Shown here piece by piece: positions 42,980 through 52,562 of a stretch of DNA of 64,000 bases. Both the position numbers and the translations under genes were made by a program. The notes below the pieces were generated by a model that made no database searches, was not told the DNA's origin, and saw nothing but the letters and a program-made list of their open reading frames with translations. The stretch is from positions 1 to 64,000 of IMG/VR virus record IMGVR_UViG_3300031474_000004. One strand, written 5' to 3'. Each line of letters starts with the position of its first letter. Within the stretch, counting starts at the first letter, position 1. The stretch is from an uncultured virus (IMG/VR IMGVR_UViG_3300031474_000004). Its lineage: Duplodnaviria; Heunggongvirae; Uroviricota; Caudoviricetes.

Positions 42980-43215
42980 AATTCGTTCATGCTCAAGAGG
43001 TGAAGTTAAAAGTTGGGGTAGGTGCAAAAACAGCTAATTCACCCACTGGAAAAGGAATCATACTTGATAATGTTGATGGATTAAATCTCGTTCTTTGGGT
43101 TGATGACGGGATTCAAGATTATCGCATGGATGGTGAATTATTGTTGTTCGTTGAAAACGATGGATCGTTGATCGAACGAGTGTTCCGTCGTTTGATCAAT
43201 CTATTGAACTCATGA
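42976..43215 (+). CDS. Small SH3-like protein
   Basis: GII...LVLW...LIERVFRRL, similar to 35184-35441; ATGA overlaps on both sides. Confidence 0.55.
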   Translation: MKFVHAQEVKLKVGVGAKTANSPTGKGIILDNVDGLNLVLWVDDGIQDYRMDGELLLFVENDGSLIERVFRRLINLLNS

Positions 43216-44204
43216 CGACTGAAATCTTCACGTTCGGAAGTAAGTTGAAATTCATCGAGAAATGCTTTGGAAAGGCGTACATCTCAACTTCGCAAAGGAA
43301 CGTGGAAGTAAGATGTCCAGTTTGTCAACCGAAAGATCCGACAAAAAAGAAACTTTCCATACGAATTGCCGATGATGCCTTCAACTGTTGGGTTTGCAGT
43401 TTAAAAGGCCGATCACTAATATTCCTGCTCAAGAAGTACGGGACTCAGGAGCTGATCAACGAGTACATTGACACGTTTGCCCCTTCGTTAAAAAACAAGC
43501 ACAAGAATGCGATCATCACGATTGAACCCGATAAGTTCACACTTCCGAACGATTTCAAGCTACTTGCGGTTGAACAAGATACAAAGGATCCCGATACCCG
43601 TGCAGTTCTCTCGTACCTGAGATCAAGGGACATCACCGAACGGGATCTTTGGTACTTCAAGTTCGGTGTTTCTAATCAATCGCGTTGGTTCAGAAGGGCT
43701 TTGGTCCCTTCATTCGACTCAGAAGGCAACGCTGACTTCCTCGTCGGTCGCTCGATTGATTCGAAGAGGATGCCTAAGTACCAACAACCTCACGTTCAAA
43801 GAGGTGACATCGTATTCAACGAGCTCAACGTTGATTGGACGAAACGACTCGTGCTTTGTCAAGGCGTGTTCGATGTCATCAAATGTGGAGATAACGCGGT
43901 TCCATTGCTTGGTTCCAGCTTGAACGAGCATTCGTTGTTGTTTGAACGCATTGTGACGAACATGACACCCGTTGTCATAGCTCTCGATAACGACATGGTT
44001 GATTCTGCGATACCTCGCATCGTGAAGAAGCTGGATGAGTACCAGATCGAAGCCACGATAGTCGATCTCAATGGGAAGAAGGATCCGGGCGAGATGACAC
44101 GTGATGAGTTCAAACGTGCTCTTGAGAACACGAGATCCCTCGATTGGTACAACTTCTTCCAATCCAAGCTGAACAGAATGACGAACGTATCATTGTCGAA
44201 ATGA
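43212..44204 (+). CDS. DNA primase (Zn finger plus TOPRIM)
   Basis: CPVC...CWVC, YLRSR, GR, KY, (Q)GVFD, LDND, KDPGE. Confidence 0.85.
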   Translation: MTTEIFTFGSKLKFIEKCFGKAYISTSQRNVEVRCPVCQPKDPTKKKLSIRIADDAFNCWVCSLKGRSLIFLLKKYGTQELINEYIDTFAPSLKNKHKNAIITIEPDKFTLPNDFKLLAVEQDTKDPDTRAVLSYLRSRDITERDLWYFKFGVSNQSRWFRRALVPSFDSEGNADFLVGRSIDSKRMPKYQQPHVQRGDIVFNELNVDWTKRLVLCQGVFDVIKCGDNAVPLLGSSLNEHSLLFERIVTNMTPVVIALDNDMVDSAIPRIVKKLDEYQIEATIVDLNGKKDPGEMTRDEFKRALENTRSLDWYNFFQSKLNRMTNVSLSK

Positions 44205-44242
44205 CATTCATTGTCAATTCACTCGTGAATGATAATTAAGTC

Positions 44243-45160
44243 GTGATGAACACGCTACGCAATTACGTGAGATTGATCCTTTCCGAGAGGATCAGGGCGA
44301 AAGATCCTTCCTCTTCGTCTTCACGTAAGGCAACGTTCAACATGAACGACTTCAAGAAATTGAAGCAAAATGATCCACTAGAAGGAACGTTTTTGAAGTA
44401 CGCGAAACGCAACCTTCAAAGGTTGGGAGAGGGATCATCTCGTGAAGTATTCTTACTTTCATCACAAAAGGTTCTCAAGGTCGCGGTGAACGAAAAAGGT
44501 ATCGCTCAAAACGAAGCCGAGATTGATGTTTATACGAATCCCAAGACTCGACCGATCATATCGAAGGTGTACGATTATGGTTCAGGTTACGAATGGCTCG
44601 TATCTGAACTAGTTCGTGAATTGACGTACGAAAAAATCTGCACTTTGTTGGATCTTGATGGTTCTTGGGACTACATGATCAAGGAACTTATCGTTGATAA
44701 AATGCCAATTGATAAACTTGTCAAGCGATACACGGAAAAAAATTTAAGAGTCAAAGATTCAGGAACTGATGTTCCTGGCTCAGTCGTTGTCGATAAACAT
44801 GGGAACCACGTAGCAGGACCGTTTTTTTCGCCGCCAGGCTGGGAACACGATCGCGGAACGCCCGAAGCATTTAAAGCAATCGATGAAATTAACGTACAAA
44901 ATCCCAAGTTGAAACAATTTCTCATTGCATTGAAACAAACGATGGAAGTGAACGAGCTCGAACGCGGAGACATTCAACCCCAACATTTCGGTAAAAGCGC
45001 TTCGGGCGACATCGTGCTTCTCGATTACGGGTACACGACAACGGTTCTTAAGAATCATTACGGGGGCGGTGATATCAGTTGGGATGATGGTGATGATGAC
45101 GTTGATCCGTCAAATTCGATATCTGGTCGTGAAACCACTCGATCACCCGCGGCAAGTTGA
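44243..45160 (+). CDS. Protein kinase-like protein with N-terminal LRxxVRxILSE tag
   Basis: LGEGSSR Gly loop, VLK, NEAE, GDIQPQHFG catalytic loop, LLDYG. Confidence 0.75.
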   Translation: MMNTLRNYVRLILSERIRAKDPSSSSSRKATFNMNDFKKLKQNDPLEGTFLKYAKRNLQRLGEGSSREVFLLSSQKVLKVAVNEKGIAQNEAEIDVYTNPKTRPIISKVYDYGSGYEWLVSELVRELTYEKICTLLDLDGSWDYMIKELIVDKMPIDKLVKRYTEKNLRVKDSGTDVPGSVVVDKHGNHVAGPFFSPPGWEHDRGTPEAFKAIDEINVQNPKLKQFLIALKQTMEVNELERGDIQPQHFGKSASGDIVLLDYGYTTTVLKNHYGGGDISWDDGDDDVDPSNSISGRETTRSPAAS

Positions 45161-45193
45161 ACATCAACAACTTAACGTAATACATTAGAAGTA

Positions 45194-45841
45194 ATGCTCA
45201 GATTTGCGACGATTGCGGACGTTCACATCCGCTCGTTAACACGTCATGATGAGATTCGAGAAGTGTTCAACGCTTTCGTTAAAGACGTGAAGGAACACAA
45301 CATCGATCACATTTTCATTGGTGGCGACATCGGTCACAGTAAAACAGCACAATTTTCGGCTGAGTACGTTGATCTCATGGTTGAGCTGATCAACTTGCTT
45401 GGCGATACCGCACCGACCCACATGATCTTGGGAAATCACGACCTGAACGAGAGAAACAAGATCAGACAGGATGTGATCACACCCGTTTTAAACGCGGTCA
45501 AGCACCCAAACGTGCATCTTTACAAGACTAGCGGTGTTTACAGTATCGCAGAAGGTTGCAATTTGTGCGTCTTTAGCATCTTTGACGAGGAGAATTGGAA
45601 AAATGTGGAACCCGTAGAAGGTGACATCAACATCGCTTGTTATCACGGGGGCGTTTCGGGAGCAAGGACTGAAACTGATTGGGAACTCACGGGAGGTCTG
45701 GAATTAGATCATTTTGCTGAATATGATGCAACTTTCCTCGGTGACATCCACAAATTTCAATGGCTGGATCATCGTGATTTTGAAATTGAAATTGACGAGG
45801 ATGAGTTAAAAGATTATCCCGGAGCAATTGTGCTTCCATGA
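45194..45841 (+). CDS. Mre11/SbcD-type nuclease, N-terminal fragment
   Basis: DVH, GGD, GNHD, YHG and GDIH motifs; the YPGS motif lies in the gene after next. Confidence 0.85.
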   Translation: MLRFATIADVHIRSLTRHDEIREVFNAFVKDVKEHNIDHIFIGGDIGHSKTAQFSAEYVDLMVELINLLGDTAPTHMILGNHDLNERNKIRQDVITPVLNAVKHPNVHLYKTSGVYSIAEGCNLCVFSIFDEENWKNVEPVEGDINIACYHGGVSGARTETDWELTGGLELDHFAEYDATFLGDIHKFQWLDHRDFEIEIDEDELKDYPGAIVLP

Positions 45842-46056
45842 AATTTAGTGATCTCAGACCGGGAGATATGTACATCACGTCTGGTTCTACCGTTTATCCT
45901 CAGCATGAATCAGCAACCGTTGTAGCCGTAACTGAGAATCATATAACGTGGTTGATTACGGAAAATAGATTGACAAAGATCTATCGTTTTAAGAATTTCA
46001 ATGATCAACCTTTCGATGAAAAGGGAATCACTTGGTTGAGGGTGAAAAATGTCTAA
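45838..46056 (+). CDS. Small LxPGD-motif protein between the Mre11 halves
   Basis: MKFSDLRPGDMY...TVVAV; overlaps both neighbours. Confidence 0.65.
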   Translation: MKFSDLRPGDMYITSGSTVYPQHESATVVAVTENHITWLITENRLTKIYRFKNFNDQPFDEKGITWLRVKNV

Positions 46057-48622
46057 GAAGATTCGAATTCGTATAAACCGACCGGCGATAGGGTATCCCG
46101 GATCGATGCTTCAAAATACCTACTCAGAAGATCTGAAGCATTTTTGGCTGAAATGGGAGTTCAAATCGAGCAACGACTTCACAGTCGTTCCTGTTGAACT
46201 TCCGAATCCAAAGCCATTTTTGACAATCGATTGGAACGGTTCCGTCAATAAAACGGTCGACCAGTTGAAGAACTTCAAGGCTGGTTCAAGGGTTCGTATC
46301 AAGTCTGATGCAAAGATCCCACTTAAGTACTCAACGAAGCTCGTTTCAACGATCAAGAACGAGATGGGAGCATCGGAGGTCATCTTCAAGGAAGAACAGG
46401 CAACCGACATCTCTCGAATCAACATGGGTTCCGTTCAGTTGCTTCGTACGGATCTGAGGAATTCGGACGTATTGTTTCAGCTTTTAAAGGAACATTACAA
46501 GTCATCCGAAATGCATGAGGATGAATGGGTGAAGATCTACGATCTTCTTCGTAAGTACGTCTCGATTCTCACGAGCGAGGATGTGATGAGGAACGTCAAA
46601 TGGTCATTGAGAAGACTTCGCTTCAACAACATGTATTCCTATGGCGAAGATAACACGATCAATTTCGATGCATTGTCGGGCCTCGTAGGTATATTCGGGC
46701 CAAACAGAAGCGGCAAGTCTTCAATTCTCGGAACCCTAATGTACGGGTTGTTCAATGCGACCGATAGAGGTCCAATCAAGAACATGTTGCTGTGCAACAC
46801 TCGTAAGCAATCATGCTCATCAAAGATCGTGATCAAGCTCGGGGGTCGTGATTACCTCGTTGAGCGTTCAACGAACAAGAAGTCGAACAAGCAGGGTGAC
46901 ATCTCCGCCGCGACGAACCTCAGGATTTGGGAACTCATCGATGGAAAACCTGTTGAAAGCACGGGGGAGCAACGTTCAGACACCGAGAAAACGCTGAGAA
47001 AGCTCATCGGAACGTCGGATGATTTTCATTTGATGTCGATATCGACGCAGCGAGATGATAATTCAATCCTCGAACACGGGTCCACGAAAAGACGACAGAT
47101 CATTTCAAGGTTCCTTGACATTGACGTCCTCCAGCAGATCCATGAACTTGCACGTGATGATGTTCGTGAACAAAAAGGTCTCATCAAGAACCTGAACGAG
47201 GATTTGAATGAATCAATAAACGATAGACGTAACGTGTCATCCAATCTCGATCAACAGATTGAACTCAACGTTTCTAATCTCGAAAGTTCACGTGAAAGGT
47301 TGTTCGATCTAAAGACTCAGCTCGCAGCTTTCAAGGGATTCAAGCATGTTTCGATCGAGGAGCTCGAATCACACCGTGAATCGATCGACGAGTTGAACGG
47401 AAAATTATCGAAGGTTGTTTCAAGCATTGAAAAAGCGGGAAGGGACTTACAAGAAACGGATGAAAAAATAGAACGTGTTTCGACGGTTCTTCAGGATTAC
47501 GATCTTGTGACGATGAAGCAACAGCTCGATTCATTCAAGAAGCTGCGTTCAAGCGTCAATTCGATGCTTCAAGCGTACACGAACGAGAACAACTCGTTCG
47601 AACGTAGCAAGAAGACGATCAAGATCCTGCAAGACGTTCCTTGTGGCGATTCGTTTCCAACGTGTAAGTTCATCAAGGATGCTCATGACCTGAAACCAAC
47701 GCTGGACGATCAACGTGATCGAGTAAATTCTTTGAAACGATCGTACGATGAAGCGAATCAATCGCTCGGCGGTATCGATGAAAAAAAGATGGTCGACAAC
47801 GTTTCGAAGGTTGAATCGTTGAAGGAAAAACTGGGACAATTGAAGTTGAACAAGGCTCAGCTCGAAACCCAATTGACAAGGCTCAATCACAACAGGAACG
47901 AGATTCAGCGAACTTTGGACGTTGCGATCAATGAATTCGAGGATCTCGAATCAAGGACCGACAAAAAGAAGAACGATGAACTGACCTCACTTAAATCATT
48001 GATCTTTTCTGCCGAAGCCGGAATATCCGTCTTGGAAAAAGCGAATATCTCTTTGGCAAGACAAAAAGGTAAGATTGAATCCGAGATCGAACGTTTGTTG
48101 AAGGATCAAAAGAGACGAATCGATATCCTTCAAAGGATGAAGTACCACGAGGTGATCGAATCCAGCTTTTCAAAGAATGGAATTCAGGATGCGATCCTCT
48201 CATCAATGCTTCCTGCGATCAATGAAGAGGTTGCAAAGATCCTCAATGGAATCGTGAACTTCACCGTTGAGCTCGAGAAGCTACCGAATGATGATCAAAT
48301 CGACATCTACATAAACTATGGTGATGGTGACAAGAGGGTTCTCGAACTCGGAAGCGGCATGGAAAAGTTCATCAGTTCAATCGTTCTACGAGTTGCATTG
48401 AACAACATCTCCACCTTACCGAAGAGCGATGTGTTCTTCATCGACGAAGGATTCGGGTCGTTGGATGCGAGCAGCGTGGAGGAGTGTTCAACATTGCTTC
48501 AATCTCTGAAGAAGTACTTCAAGACGATCATTGTCATCACACACGTTGACGTGATGAAGGACATCGTCGATTCCACGATTGAGATCACACGAAACGGAAA
48601 GGACTCACATGTCTCGTGTTGA
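46049..48622 (+). CDS. SbcD C-terminal part fused to Rad50/SbcC ATPase
   Basis: IGYPGS at N-terminus; NMYSYG, GPNRSGKS, Zn hook C-x5-C, GSGME, FIDEGFGSLD, ITH. Confidence 0.9.
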   Translation: MSKKIRIRINRPAIGYPGSMLQNTYSEDLKHFWLKWEFKSSNDFTVVPVELPNPKPFLTIDWNGSVNKTVDQLKNFKAGSRVRIKSDAKIPLKYSTKLVSTIKNEMGASEVIFKEEQATDISRINMGSVQLLRTDLRNSDVLFQLLKEHYKSSEMHEDEWVKIYDLLRKYVSILTSEDVMRNVKWSLRRLRFNNMYSYGEDNTINFDALSGLVGIFGPNRSGKSSILGTLMYGLFNATDRGPIKNMLLCNTRKQSCSSKIVIKLGGRDYLVERSTNKKSNKQGDISAATNLRIWELIDGKPVESTGEQRSDTEKTLRKLIGTSDDFHLMSISTQRDDNSILEHGSTKRRQIISRFLDIDVLQQIHELARDDVREQKGLIKNLNEDLNESINDRRNVSSNLDQQIELNVSNLESSRERLFDLKTQLAAFKGFKHVSIEELESHRESIDELNGKLSKVVSSIEKAGRDLQETDEKIERVSTVLQDYDLVTMKQQLDSFKKLRSSVNSMLQAYTNENNSFERSKKTIKILQDVPCGDSFPTCKFIKDAHDLKPTLDDQRDRVNSLKRSYDEANQSLGGIDEKKMVDNVSKVESLKEKLGQLKLNKAQLETQLTRLNHNRNEIQRTLDVAINEFEDLESRTDKKKNDELTSLKSLIFSAEAGISVLEKANISLARQKGKIESEIERLLKDQKRRIDILQRMKYHEVIESSFSKNGIQDAILSSMLPAINEEVAKILNGIVNFTVELEKLPNDDQIDIYINYGDGDKRVLELGSGMEKFISSIVLRVALNNISTLPKSDVFFIDEGFGSLDASSVEECSTLLQSLKKYFKTIIVITHVDVMKDIVDSTIEITRNGKDSHVSC

Positions 48623-48914
48623 CAAGTTCGAACCGTACCTGAACGATAGATTGATCCTCAAGAAGGAAAATTACGTTTTGATCAAACCGAATCGTGAATC
48701 GAGGTTGATTCCACTCGGTTGTTCGGTATGTGAATTCTTATACAGGACTCACAACGATGAGAAGGCACACGAAACGTACGGGTGTTGTCACAGATGTGCT
48801 GAGGTGTTCGTGTACCCTGATCGAAAACGATGGTCAAAAGGATGGCGACCGAATGAAGATCAGATCAAAAGAGACGTCGAATCACGACAATCTTTATCGA
48901 TCATGATGAAGTAA
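48609..48914 (+). CDS. Small Zn-finger protein
   Basis: CSVC...CCHRC...GWRP. Confidence 0.6.
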   Translation: MSRVDKFEPYLNDRLILKKENYVLIKPNRESRLIPLGCSVCEFLYRTHNDEKAHETYGCCHRCAEVFVYPDRKRWSKGWRPNEDQIKRDVESRQSLSIMMK

Positions 48915-48915
48915 A

Positions 48916-49500
48916 ATGCGTAATTACGATTGGTTCAAAAAAACTTACGATTATATCGTTTACGATGTTCGAAATAACTTGCTGATTGCGGATTTCGAAG
49001 TTCATCATATTTTGCCGCGCTCTTTGGGTGGTTTGGATTCTCTCGAAAACAGAGTTAGATTAACGTATCGTCAACATTTCATTTGTCATTGGTTACTTTG
49101 GAAAATGTCGACCGGGAAAGATCGTGAAAAGATGGCACTTGCGTTCAAGTTCATGAAAGAAGGCCAACAAGGAAAATTTGTTGTATTGAATTCAATAACG
49201 TTCGCCAGAGTGAAGAAGGAAGCTTCACTTTTTCAGAGCAATCGACAAATTGGGATTAAAAAGCCGTATTTGAATGGAAATCAATTCGCAAGACACAAGC
49301 ATACTCCCGAACAAAATTTGAGAAAAAGTAAACGTCAAATTGGTGGTAAAAGAAAACCCGAAACGATTGAGAGGATGAAAATTGCACAAAGTAAATCCGA
49401 AACTAAAAATCAAATTAGAGAACAATTGAAACGATATTGGGCAAAATGGCGCGTAGATAACAATCGTAAACCTCGTATCGGTGATGAAAAATATTTATGA
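48916..49500 (+). CDS. HNH homing endonuclease
   Basis: EVHHILPRSLGG.D..EN...LTYRQHFICH; NUMOD-like tail. Confidence 0.8.
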   Translation: MRNYDWFKKTYDYIVYDVRNNLLIADFEVHHILPRSLGGLDSLENRVRLTYRQHFICHWLLWKMSTGKDREKMALAFKFMKEGQQGKFVVLNSITFARVKKEASLFQSNRQIGIKKPYLNGNQFARHKHTPEQNLRKSKRQIGGKRKPETIERMKIAQSKSETKNQIREQLKRYWAKWRVDNNRKPRIGDEKYL

Positions 49501-49966
49501 TATGGACATTGATCAATTATTAAAGGATGAAGAACTTGAGTTTGATCCTTTAGCGAATAAACTTGATAAAGGAGTTGATTCTGAGAATCAAGATATTGAC
49601 TATTCAGCTCTCGCGCAAAGTTTTGATACGTCGTGGGGGAGATCTTCTACGCCGAAAACGGCTCAATTCTCCGTAAAATTCCAGCTCGATGGTGCGAATC
49701 GAATGATCGCAAGTTACTGTGCAATCGTCAATTTTGCAAGCGAACGTGACATGATTGAGCAAAAGCGAAGGTACGCATCTGAATCAACTGATATCTTGAA
49801 GGCTCACGTCAAGTTCATTAAGGACCGTTACAAGGGACTTTGTGGAAAGACGCTCAGTGTCGACGAGATGTTCACAAGTGATTCCGTTGAATGTATCTCA
49901 ATGAACTTTTATAATCCTCGAAAAGTTGCTTATTTTCGCAAAAAAACCGCCTATCAAATCGGGTAA
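49484..49966 (+). CDS. Hypothetical protein upstream of terminase
   Basis: About 160-aa ORF overlapping the HEG end. Confidence 0.65.
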   Translation: MKNIYDMDIDQLLKDEELEFDPLANKLDKGVDSENQDIDYSALAQSFDTSWGRSSTPKTAQFSVKFQLDGANRMIASYCAIVNFASERDMIEQKRRYASESTDILKAHVKFIKDRYKGLCGKTLSVDEMFTSDSVECISMNFYNPRKVAYFRKKTAYQIG

Positions 49967-49971
49967 CGTAA

Positions 49972-50238
49972 ATGAAAATTTCACTGAAACAGCTCAAGTC
50001 AATCATTAAGGAAGAAATCTCATACAAGGACGTTGGAGACGAACCCGAAGTTTTAGATATGATTTCGTCATTAATCAACGTTGTTGTTGATCAACCTCAA
50101 TTTCGAATCTTAGCAAAACCAGATCCGAGAGGTCCCAATCCAAAAATTGCAAAATTTCGACAAAAACTGTACAATGATATCGCACAATTGATAGATGATT
50201 CAATCAATCAGAACTTTAACGGCCCGTATTCAAAGTGA
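49972..50238 (+). CDS. Small protein with MKISLKQLKSIIKEE tag
   Basis: Shared N-terminal motif. Confidence 0.6.
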   Translation: MKISLKQLKSIIKEEISYKDVGDEPEVLDMISSLINVVVDQPQFRILAKPDPRGPNPKIAKFRQKLYNDIAQLIDDSINQNFNGPYSK

Positions 50239-50258
50239 ATTACTTACCTAGTTAATAG

Positions 50259-51860
50259 GTGTTATCAGCGAACGATAAGAGAAATGAAATCATCCGGTGC
50301 GGCCGCGACCCGAAGTATTTCATAAAGCGTTATGTTTTCATCCAGCACCCCACAAAGGGGCGAATTAAGTTCACAACATATCCCTATCAGGACGACGTTG
50401 TTGATGCACTTGAAAATCATCGTCACAACATTGTCCTAAAATCTCGCCAGCTTGGCTTGTCAACGATTGCAGCCGCGTACTCATTGTGGATGGCGGTATT
50501 TCACAAGGACAAGAACATCATTGTCATTGCAACGAAGCTTGAAACGGCTCAGAACTTCGTTAAAAAGGTAAAGATTGCGCTTTTATCATTACCACCATGG
50601 CTAGTTCTTCCGAAACACGATGATAAAGCAACGGCACTTAATTTCGATAACGGATCACGAGTCATTGCAATTCCCGCTTCTGATGATGCGGGACGTTCTG
50701 AGGCTATTTCTCTATTGATCGTTGATGAATGTGCATTTATCCGCAACTTCGATACCCTTTGGACAGGACTCTCACCAACCATTTCCACCGGTGGAAATGC
50801 ATTCATACTTTCATCACCCAATGGTGTAGGCGGGCAATTTTACAAGTTATGGATCGGTGCTGAAGCAGGACAGAATAACTTCAATCCCATAAAATTGCCT
50901 TGGACGGTTCATCCCGAACATGATGAAAAATGGTTCAAGGAAGAGACAAAAGATCTTACTCGTAAAAAGGTAGCTCAGGAATACATGTGTGACTTCCTCG
51001 CATCAGGTGATACCTTCCTGCAAGTCGAAGATCTCGATTGGATGAAATCGAAGGTTCGTGAACCATTGCTAAAGACGGGATTTGACCGTAACGTGTGGAT
51101 ATGGGCTCATCCCGAATCTGAAAAACGATACGTCATCTCAGCCGACATTGCACGCGGCGATTCGCAGGATTTTTCAGCATTCCACGTCATCGATGCTGAT
51201 GACGGTCAACTCGTCGCTGAGTACATGGGCAAGGCACCTCCCGAGGTGATGGGACAATTGATGGACGAGTACGGTCGTAAGTACAATATCGCCCTTGCGA
51301 TCCCTGAAAATAACACTTTCGGTTACATGACCGCAATGTACTTGAAAGCGAATGGGTACCCTCGTATGTACTACAAGGATCATAAAGGTGATCCATTCAA
51401 CTTTGTACCAACCGATGACATGTTGCCGGGGTTCTCCACACAAACTCATTCACGTCGAAACATTCTCACAAAATTCGAAGAGTTGATCAGAAACAAGATG
51501 ATCAATTGTCCTTCGTCACGCCTCGTTCAACAATTACAAGCGTTCGTCTGGCAGAACGCGAAGGCTCAAGCGTTGAAAGATAGTCATGACGACTTGATCA
51601 TCAGTATTGCAATTGGCATGTACGTCGTTGGAGGAGAACTTCAACAGGATTGCAGTCGGACGGATTTGACGGTGGCATTGCTGAATGCGACATCGCGAAT
51701 GTCGAGAAGTGCAGATGAACTTCCAGGGCTGCGAGATCTTCCACCACCGATGAACCCTCAAATGATCACGACCACTTTTCAGCAAGTGAGGTCGGGAGAA
51801 CGCGGAAGGCAATTAGTTCAAACGTTGCATCCCATGTACAATTGGCTTGTGGATAAATAA
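50259..51860 (+). CDS. terL: Terminase large subunit (T4 gp17-like)
   Basis: YPYQ, KSRQLGLS, IVDE, SSPNG, nuclease ADIARG..D, ENN, HDDL. Confidence 0.95.
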   Translation: MLSANDKRNEIIRCGRDPKYFIKRYVFIQHPTKGRIKFTTYPYQDDVVDALENHRHNIVLKSRQLGLSTIAAAYSLWMAVFHKDKNIIVIATKLETAQNFVKKVKIALLSLPPWLVLPKHDDKATALNFDNGSRVIAIPASDDAGRSEAISLLIVDECAFIRNFDTLWTGLSPTISTGGNAFILSSPNGVGGQFYKLWIGAEAGQNNFNPIKLPWTVHPEHDEKWFKEETKDLTRKKVAQEYMCDFLASGDTFLQVEDLDWMKSKVREPLLKTGFDRNVWIWAHPESEKRYVISADIARGDSQDFSAFHVIDADDGQLVAEYMGKAPPEVMGQLMDEYGRKYNIALAIPENNTFGYMTAMYLKANGYPRMYYKDHKGDPFNFVPTDDMLPGFSTQTHSRRNILTKFEELIRNKMINCPSSRLVQQLQAFVWQNAKAQALKDSHDDLIISIAIGMYVVGGELQQDCSRTDLTVALLNATSRMSRSADELPGLRDLPPPMNPQMITTTFQQVRSGERGRQLVQTLHPMYNWLVDK

Positions 51861-51911
51861 CACAAAGTAAAATCTTTCAAAGGATGACGTTTTTGTGGAT
51901 ACGTAATCTTG

Positions 51912-52562
51912 ATGAAATCGAAAACAATTTCTTACAAGATCTCCGAGGATCGTCTCAAGGAAATAATCGCCGAGGAATTGCAACGTAAGTTGCAGCTCGC
52001 GGAGAACCCTGATTCACTCACTGAAGACATCGATCACGAAGGTGCCGCAACGGTCTCTAAGGCTTCTTCGAAGCTTCTGAAAGCTCTTGCATCGTTTAAA
52101 GAAGATGCTAATGGCGGAATGCAAAGTGCTACGACGCCGCATCTCGATGCACTCGTGTCGACGCTTGAAGCGATGGTACAGAATCCCGCGAACTACACTG
52201 ATAAGGTAAAGGTTGAACCGAAGCGAGTGAAGCTTCGTAAGGTTGAAGAAACCTTGCGCTCAAAATTCGATTCAAAAAAGCTTGCGGAATCTCGCTATAA
52301 CTGGAAACCTGAGGCGATTGAGTTCATGAAGGATCTTCTTCGTACGAAGACTAAAACGGTTCCTGTGGGTTCAAATCAAACGAAGATCGCTGATACACTT
52401 CAGGACGTGAACATGATTCGGATGAAGAAACATTTCAAGGGTCCGTCGGGTCTCGTTGTCGTGTACGAACCGACACAAGAAGGGCTGGAAGAATTCGACA
52501 AGTACAGAACTTCATCGATGACGTCAAAGAAACCACAGGTTGAAAAGGTAAGCGAACAATGA
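51912..52562 (+). CDS. Putative internal head protein
   Basis: KISEDRLKEIIAEE tag; several LxE sites. Confidence 0.6.
   Translation: MKSKTISYKISEDRLKEIIAEELQRKLQLAENPDSLTEDIDHEGAATVSKASSKLLKALASFKEDANGGMQSATTPHLDALVSTLEAMVQNPANYTDKVKVEPKRVKLRKVEETLRSKFDSKKLAESRYNWKPEAIEFMKDLLRTKTKTVPVGSNQTKIADTLQDVNMIRMKKHFKGPSGLVVVYEPTQEGLEEFDKYRTSSMTSKKPQVEKVSEQ

Noticed and set aside
45780..46110. Split intein or intron at the Mre11 break
   Set aside because: No intein block A or terminal HN-C/S/T motifs; the gap is fully occupied by a coupled ORF with no room for a group I/II core
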